From positions 62,001 through 121,892 of the forward strand of contig JADIIX010000065.1 of the NCBI GenBank assembly GCA_027604505.1: DNA of 59,892 nucleotides. The letters run 5' to 3'. The position numbers and the translations under genes are program-made. This DNA comes from Gonapodya sp. JEL0774 (taxonomy: Eukaryota). Below, piece after piece: positions 52,210 to 59,892 of this stretch; the stretch's first letter is position 1; every line of letters begins with the position of its first letter. Below the pieces are notes generated by a model. It worked only from the letters and a program-made list of their open reading frames with translations, was not told the origin of the DNA and made no database searches.

Positions 52210-55200
52210 TCACTCATCCTCACTCCCCGAGCTGTCCTCTACACTAACTTCGCTTTCCGCGTCGTTCGTTTCCAGTTGAACTATGTTCGCAGGCATTCCT
52301 GAGGGGTCACTCATGTAGGCTGCACGTTTATGGACCACACGCCTCAGAAAATCGGCCTCTTCAATCATTTTCGCAAAATCGCGGTCATTCCAATTGTACC
52401 CCTTGTACTGTTGCTGCCACAACTCTTGTGCCCATCTGGCTCTTCCGGCGAGCCGCCGCCGGCGCGAGAAATACTGCTCGCTTGTTTCGGGTCCTGGGAG
52501 GAAACAAGTCGAACTCATCAGCAACGTAGATGCGTTATCTGTTTCGGACAATCCTCCGAACTCTTGTGTTCAACCGCTTGCACACAGTTCCCACTGACCT
52601 GCGGCTTCAACAATTTCTGCTCTCGCCGCTTCCGAAACAGCGTTTTCGTCATTTTCAGCCAATGCAACGCCATGCTCAGTTGAGAATCTCTCAAGTTTTT
52701 GGCTCAAAGTGCCGTCCATTATACCATTGGCGACAAAAAGCCAATTGACGGCGTTGCACTGAGGAGCGGACACTGTCAGCACACTCTTTCATTTAAGAAC
52801 CAGATGAGTCGACTGTTCTCACGACGGTAAAAAAACTCTCATACGAATGAACAGAGCTTGCAGCCGCCGTGGCGTATAGAGCATATAACTCGTCATCCAT
52901 CAGAAGCCTGTACATCCAGTGAGCGACCACGTCAATACGGCCAAGTGGAGCCTGCATAGGATTATGCACAGACTGGCTGCCCTGGCTTTGGCCATCAACC
53001 GCCACGAGGATCCCTGAAAAAATTGGACAGTGGATCCTGAAGGTCTGAATCACTCGAATGGGGCACCGCGAACCCACCGTTTCGGTGCTGAATGATTTGA
53101 TGAGGAATGCCACCGGCAGCATAGCAGATGATAGGCTTCCCTTTGATTAGGCTTTCCAAGAAGAGAATAAGTCAGAATGCACAACTTCTCCACCACATCA
53201 GTCGGGTGTTTCCCGCACCATTCAGTCACTTTTATCTCAAATCCCTCACGATAAGAAAGTTGTGTACACAATTTGGCTCCCTGAAGCAAAGCATTGAGAA
53301 GTTGATCGCTTGGATAGAGTCTGTAAAACGAAACCTGTTTCGTTTGTTGTCTGCATCACGGGACAGATCTAACGCTCACCTGACAGCTATCACGTCATTC
53401 TTGCGGCAATTGAGGAATATAGCGTATGTTTTCTTGTACTTCACGTAAAAATTTCTTCGTACTCACTGCGATACCAGAAAACTCCTCTCTGGATAACAAC
53501 TCGCGAATCTCATTGAACACCACCGTGCCGTCCGGATCATCCACGCTACCATGACCCGCTAGGACCAACTGTGGTACTTTAGAGAAGTGAACCTGCTCTG
53601 TGCTCATGCGATCGCGCAGAATTTTGTACGCTCTTATCAAATCTGGTATCCCTTTGGACGGATCAAAGCGAGAAATCTGAAGAATATAAGGACGCTCATA
53701 AAACGCAACCTTTTTCTGTGTCTTTATGTAATGAAATCAAAGTGATTTGTTTTATTTCAAAATCGCGAGCAAAATTTCCACCAAGAAAGAACTCTCTCAC
53801 TTGGTCATATGCAATCCGATTGAAGAGCGCATGACTGAGCAGTCAAGCATTCGGTGTGGATCTTTATTCGTGAAAATTTGATCGCGGGTAACTCACTAGT
53901 AAAACAAGTCCTCGGGTCTAAGATCTTTATTGAGACCATCAATTCGATCTGTAACAGCTGGCATGTAGATGAGTCGATTTAGTGGAACACAATCCGGAAC
54001 AAATGTCTTCACTGGATGAAACACGAAAAGCTCGCAATCTTGCACGAGAGACCACAAGTATTTCCAGACAATCGCCGTTTGCGAGTTTGGATCAGAATTG
54101 ATGATATCGCTTCGAACTTCTATGTGACATCGGAACACAATCTTCGCTCGCGGATTGACTTTCTTAATCGATGGAATCATTCCCACTACTTGAGGACTAG
54201 AGTGATGGGAGGGTTGAGCACAGGTCGTCACATCTGCGAAAAAAAGACTCACTCGTCCATCACGAATACATCTGTGTGCGCAAACGGTCCATCCGCAAAG
54301 TATCTGTATGCATTTGGGTTAAAAGAGAAAGTCAGCTTTTGAATTCTCTTTAGAGAACTAACGATCCAACCTTTCTGCATTATCGCGACACCAATCCTCA
54401 TACAATTTTTTGTCGTCTTCCTCAAACGTGATTTCCTTCCCAGCAACCCCTTGAAGCACATTATGAATCTTGCGCTTTGTGACGTCAAAGACCTGAGATC
54501 GCACATTCACTCAATCACGGCAATTCAAAGATTCAGTGTCACCCAAAAAGTCTGTCATCGTCCCACTCATACCTCTGGCTTTGGTTTCATCACAAACCAA
54601 TGCGCATTAATATTGAGAAGGCGAAAGAGCCGCAAGAGAGCATGTCGCATTAGGGCGACCCCACCTCCTTGTGGCGTGGAGTTGAAGAAGCTAGCACCGT
54701 CCATTTCCTTTCCAGTTGCGATTCTTGGAATGAGGACGGAACTAAGTTCCACGTACCTGATCTGAATGTTTCTGTCTCGGGTACGAGCCGACAGATCTTG
54801 TAAGACCCGCCAAGTGCTGGAAGATGTGATTCGCTCGTACTGGAGCAAATGGGATGGATGAGGTGATTTTGCCAAGCGACTGCTCTGGACTTCACACTCA
54901 CATCGACGAGATCCTTGAATCGTTCGTGAAAGATGAGCAATTCCAGCCTATAGGTTAACATTAGACCAGGCACATTCAAGAGCGAAACTCGTACCGAAAT
55001 GTGCACTCGGGCGTTTGAATCCACCTCCACCTCGTGTTTGTAGCCTACACTGATGCGCGGAAGGCCGCCAACGGACATTGAGGGTGACAAAAAGTTCAGC
55101 ATCTTCCGAACCGCTGAACAAGATCTCTCGTCAATCGAGGAGCCCTTGGTGCTGGAAGCCAAAGGTGTACAAAGAGTTAGCACCCAATTAAGACGGTTCG

Positions 55201-56513
55201 TATAGATCAGGTGGCTCACTGCACGAACCTAACTACAAACGGCAGTATATCGAGCTCCCTCCAAAGACGAACCGGCAAACGAAAGGGGTAAATCTTTCCG
55301 GTGGTCTTGTCTGCCGCAAAACGTCTTCAGCAAAACCACACCGGAAGCCTCAGTTGGTCAACAAACAATGAGCTCTAACCTTGAATTGTGCACGACCGTG
55401 TTGCTCGGGCCGTAGGCGTTGGGGGTCTTCGAACAGGGCTTACTAGAGGGCTGAGATGGCTTTCTGCGACATGTACGTCATCGAGAGCTTCCCGCCTAGG
55501 GGTAGGAGACAGTGGGAGCGGTGAAGCAACTCTCTGGTATGGACCATAAGAATGGGGTCTCATTTCGCGATCAAGGGTTGGTGCCGTTGGTGGAGCGCGG
55601 ACGCCTATTCCACAGGCGTGTATCTGGGTAACGAAAGAAGGTATCAACACGAGTAAGGTCCCTAGGCGTGTGCATGCGGACCTTGCAGCTTTCTTGTCGC
55701 ATGTACTCTTGGAGCCATGACACGATACTGTCCTCCATATTATGGAGAGTTTTTTGAAAATCGATCTCATAGTCACCATCCACGGATGTGTCACTCGCTG
55801 CGATCTCAGCCGTTCGCTCGATGAAATCTGCGTGTACTGCGTTAGCAAGGTGTTTTAAAACGGAGGGATAGACAACGTACAATCCCTGGAGTGTGAAAGC
55901 GAAAATGTAATTCCAGTCAACAGGGAGTAAACAGTAAAAGAGCTCACAATCCAAAAAACCCGTCGTGGACGAAGATGCAAAATTGGGGAAACGGATCGAA
56001 TTCGAGCTGAAAAGGCCACAGTACCGACTGTCAGAAACAAAAGCAAATGGAAGAAGCTTACGTCCATCGAACAATTCACCTCAATGCCAACGTAAATTGA
56101 TTGGGGTAATGCATCTACGCGATGCTGTATCGGTTCGCGTTTAGCAACTGAATCGGAAGTTGCTTGATCGCCGAGTCCAGCTTTGATCCCTTCAGGCAGC
56201 TGCTCCGGACGAAGCTCGCCCAGCCGCTTTGCTGGAGGCGTTAGCCCAAAGTCTTGTTCAATATTTTTGGACTGGGATCCAGGTGCCTTCGAATTCCCGG
56301 GTAGCAAAGTACATATGTCAAAAATGACGTCAGTGAACCATCTCAGCGGTAGAGTCAAATGGAGAGAACCTTCAGCCGCTCCTCTCCCTCAAGAGTGCTG
56401 ATAGTGAGCCTTGGTGTCCAATTGCCAGCTTCCCCTGGACCATCTCCGGCATTCTCGGTTGGACCTGTGGCAGTGTCGTCGACTACGGGGCCGTCCTTCT
56501 TCCCGGTGAGCAT
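52210..56513 (-). CDS. Trehalose synthase/phosphorylase (GT4, TreT/Neurospora ccg-9-like), multi-exon
   Basis: FFNSTPQGGGVALMRHALLRL, WFVMKPKPEVFDVTKRKIHNVLQG, IVFRCHIEVRSD, QISRFDPSKGIPD, LVLAGHGSVDDPDG, QLSYREGFEIKVTE. 5' end approximate. Confidence 0.9.
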
Positions 56514-56625
56514 TAAAAATGAACAGATCTTCTAGGGATTTGTAGAGGAGTCTTCTGAGCTTTTTGTAGAGGAGTGATGTGATGTGGTTTGGTACTCAAT
56601 TATACTACAAGAATGAACGCCCTCC

Positions 56626-56646
56626 TGTCACCCTCTGAGGGTGACA
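56626..56646. repeat. Perfect 10-bp inverted repeat in divergent intergenic region
   Basis: tgtcaccctc-t-gagggtgaca; the half-site agggtgaca recurs at 56831-56839. Confidence 0.7.
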
Positions 56647-57492
56647 TGGGAAGTTCAAGGGTCATAGGTTAGAAGTGGATTAGCCGCACGTGTTAGTGCG
56701 GTGCTCCTGACCAGTCTCTCCACGTGAGCAGACTCTATTGGTCAGGTGAGTACGCCAGAGCAAGGACTCGCGCTGGCAAATTTGCTATTGTATGCTAATA
56801 TTATACACTCTACTGGTCAGAGTCGGTCCTAGGGTGACACCTCCCCTCTGACTGGTGCATTCATGTGTAAAACCTGCTGACGCTTGTACAACGTCCCGCA
56901 ATTTTTTCGCCAGCATATGGTGGCGAGCTGGAAGTTGTAGAGTATTGACTAACATTTGCTTTCTACAAGTCCGTGGGGTGAATGTTAGAGATGCAAGGCG
57001 GTTGGGGGACCCTCGTTGGTATCAAGGGATGTACCGTCGTTTTTCCTACTTCTGACGACTAAAGCAACATTGGAACAACAGTGTATGAGCGTCATGTGGT
57101 AAATGGGACCTTGGCGTTCCCTCCCTTTTTCAACCATTTACTGGGCGACCAGAGGCTGACTGGCATTTACGGCCAGTCAACGAGACAATACACTTGCCTC
57201 AAAGTTGCTTCTGGGTTGCACGGTACAGACACGTAGCTTCTCTGTGTGTTTTGGATCCGCTTTCCCGTGACTGAAATGAGACGTACAGAGTAAAATCAGG
57301 CTTTGGCCCGCTTGCGGTTCGTTGATAAACAATAAATATACTCTATTTATTACACAATTGATTGAACGGATTTGAACTTCGGGTGGATGTGTTGGTGAAC
57401 GTGACCGCAGTTGAGTCTTCGCATCTTCACCTTCACGAAATCCCGCGCGTTGTCTCCCTTTTGTCTTCCACTGGCCGCCGGCGTCGGCAACT

Positions 57493-59892
57493 ATGGAATC
57501 AGTGTTCACGTCCGAGTCCGCGTTCCTGTCGCTGTTGCGGTCTGGTGCGCTGGAGACGCCCGACGATGTTGTGTGGTACTCTGTGATTCTGGAGCCACCG
57601 ACCGCGCAGCAGTCACGTGACGCGTACGAGGAGAGTCTACGCCACATTCTGTGTGACGTCATCGCGTGGGCTGCGCCTCTTGTGGCAGAGTATCCCTGGA
57701 ACGCGGACTCGTTCGCTCTGCACGTCCAAGACTCCGCCCACGACAGTTCAACCCACTCAGCCCATCACTCAGCCCTCCCGTACCCCTTTCTCCACGGCCA
57801 CTCCCGTCTTGCCCACGCACTAGAGGACCTGTGGTTCATCGTATTTCTACTCTACCAAATTTCAAAAAGAGTCCATGGCGCAGTCGTAATGTGAGTTTTT
57901 TCTTCTCCTTTATGGAAAAGTGCAAAGTCCGGCAGTCGGGGGTGGTGGGTGGGACATGCGGGGGGGTCCGGGGACCGGTGGTGTTGGGTGGGAAGTACCC
58001 GCGAAACACCGGGCCCAAACCAGACACCTGCGCGGGACACCACCGACCCCCAGGACGGGACCGGGTCGGGTGAGGAGAAGGGAAACGGGAGAAAGCAAAA
58101 CGGACAGCGGGGAACGCACGACGGGGAATCCTGGAGTTCGGTGGTGTCGTCCAACACTGCGGTCACCGCGGTCCTCACACACACGTTGACCTCTCCTCGT
58201 CCGTGTCCGCCCCCCACTCCACACTCCAACCCCAACACCCAAAACACCGCACCATCCCCACCCCAGCATTTCCGACTCTGACGGCCCCCCCGACCTCATC
58301 CACGCCGCCCGCCACTTGCCCCCCTTCCTCGACCCCTCCACCGCCACCAACCGATGCTTCGTCTTCGCGGGCGACCCGCACATCATTCCACTGTCCTTGC
58401 CACGGCCGAGCTCCACGCCTAATGACGATTACGATCCCAGTCCCACATCCACCACCACCACCACCACAACCAAAACCAAAACCAAAGCCTCCAACAACCC
58501 ACCCACACCTACCAAACCCCCGCTCACTCTCGCCCTCGCCCTCTCCCTCGTCCGCTCCCCCCACCACCCCACCCTGGCCCCCCCCCGCGTCATCTCCTCC
58601 ATCCACCGCAAACTCTCTACCTACCCCCTCGCCGCCCTCCCCTCCTCGACCCGCCACAGGTTCGTCGCCCGCCTCACCCCTGCCGCGGCCGCGGTGGTCG
58701 CGGCGGAACCAGAGCTGGTCGGTGAGGCGTTGAGGAGGTTTTTGGAAAGGACGGCGGAGGAGACCAGGAGGGCCGGTGGGGCAGAGGTGGAAAGGGCCTA
58801 TGCGACGTTGCTGGCTCAGGGCAGGGGCGCCACCTCGACCACCACGACCACCACGACCACCACCGACCCCACCTCCTGGCTGCGCGTCTCATGCTCCGTC
58901 TCCAAACGGGTGTACGCGCGGGCCCGCGCGCACACCTTTTACCCGCCTAGGATGTACAGGAGAGTCGCGGCGGTCGGGGATGGGGGTGGGGGCGGGGTCG
59001 GTGGGGATGCTGGTGGGGGCGGTAAAGACAGGGACAGGGAGAGGGAAAAGGTGGAGTGGGACATGGGTGTGAAACTGGTACGTGTTCCGGTTCCCCCCGT
59101 CCGCTCCACTCTCGTCCCTTCCCTCGTACGGTGGTTCGTCTCACCCCACCCCCTCACCGCCAGACCTGCGCGCTCGAGATCCTCTTCCAAACACCGTCTC
59201 CGCCCGCCACACCAACAACCGAGCCGACTCCGACCATCACGTCGTACGATTTCGAAGCCGACCCCATGTGGAACGAGGTGGTGGGAAAGGTCGAGAAGGG
59301 GGGAGGGGATATGGTGGGTGGCCGGGGTGGTGGGGTGATGGGGGACAAGATGAGATGGGATGGGATGGGTGTTGTGGTGCGATCCCGACACGGACAGGCG
59401 TACTGACCACGCACCACCCACCACCCACCACGCCCACCCCGTTCGTCCACTCACTCGACCCACCCACCAAGTCCGACCCCTCCACATCCCGCGCCGCCCG
59501 CCTCCTCTACCTGCACGCCACCTTCCCTCCCCCCCCTTCCCCTTCCCCATCCCCTTCCACCATGCCCCCCTCCCCCTCCTCCCGCTTCCTCCCGCCCCCC
59601 CACCATCTCATCCGCTCGGCCCTCGCCCGCGCCGCTGCAGGTGACATCGTGGTGCCGGGCGTGCCCGAGCCGGCAGAGAGCGAGGAGTGGATGGAGGTGG
59701 GGGATGAGGTGGAGCGGGGAAGCGGGAGTGGGAGTGGGAGCGAGGGGGACGACGGGGACGACGGAGACGACGACGGGGAAGACCCACTGGCTGGCGTGGA
59801 CATGGCGTCCATGACACCCGCAGAGGCCAAGGAGGTCCGCGAGATGGCGAAGATCGTAAGAGGGTTCGGGAGGTTCGTGGAGGGGGAGGGAG
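57493..59892 (+). CDS. ECD: Ecdysoneless/SGT1-family protein (partial, runs off the window)
   Basis: APLVAEYPWNADSFALHV, FLHGHSRLAHALEDLWFIVFLLYQISK, SDSDG...IHAARHLPPFLDPSTATNRCFVFAGDPHIIP, DMGVKL|TCALEIL, AESEEWMEV. Confidence 0.85.

Overview
Gene-dense, intron-rich eukaryotic DNA, most likely from a flagellated early-diverging (zoosporic, chytrid/monoblepharid-type) fungus. This is inferred from fungal-type genes (trehalose synthase/phosphorylase, FAT1, short GT-AG introns) occurring together with the ciliary genes IFT81 and TBC1D31. About 22 protein-coding genes were reconstructed by hand: an ETF-beta-type lysine methyltransferase, FAT1, a USP, a Nudix hydrolase, a Ser/Pro-rich orphan, UTP4, a Cys-rich membrane protein, an orphan TM protein, a GIGYF/SMY2 GYF protein, a HAD phosphatase, FKBP12, TBC1D31, an LRAT-like protein, two tandem VPS4 paralogs, a candidate PP1 regulator, IFT81, a GT64 glycosyltransferase, NECAP, kinesin-8, a trehalose synthase/phosphorylase and ECD (partial). 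The most unusual signal is a splice-site-phased G/C skew in a subset of genes (IFT81, ECD, TBC1D31, Nudix). On the transcribed strand the sequence is G-rich around 5' splice sites and C-rich around 3' splice sites, the skew extends into coding exons, and it comes with distant branch points. Nested inverted repeats occur in long introns of the Nudix and USP genes. Also seen: a candidate MITE, a candidate intronic C/D snoRNA, two GC-AG introns, microexons and one assembly gap. All gene models and homology calls come from reading the sequence; no database search was run.
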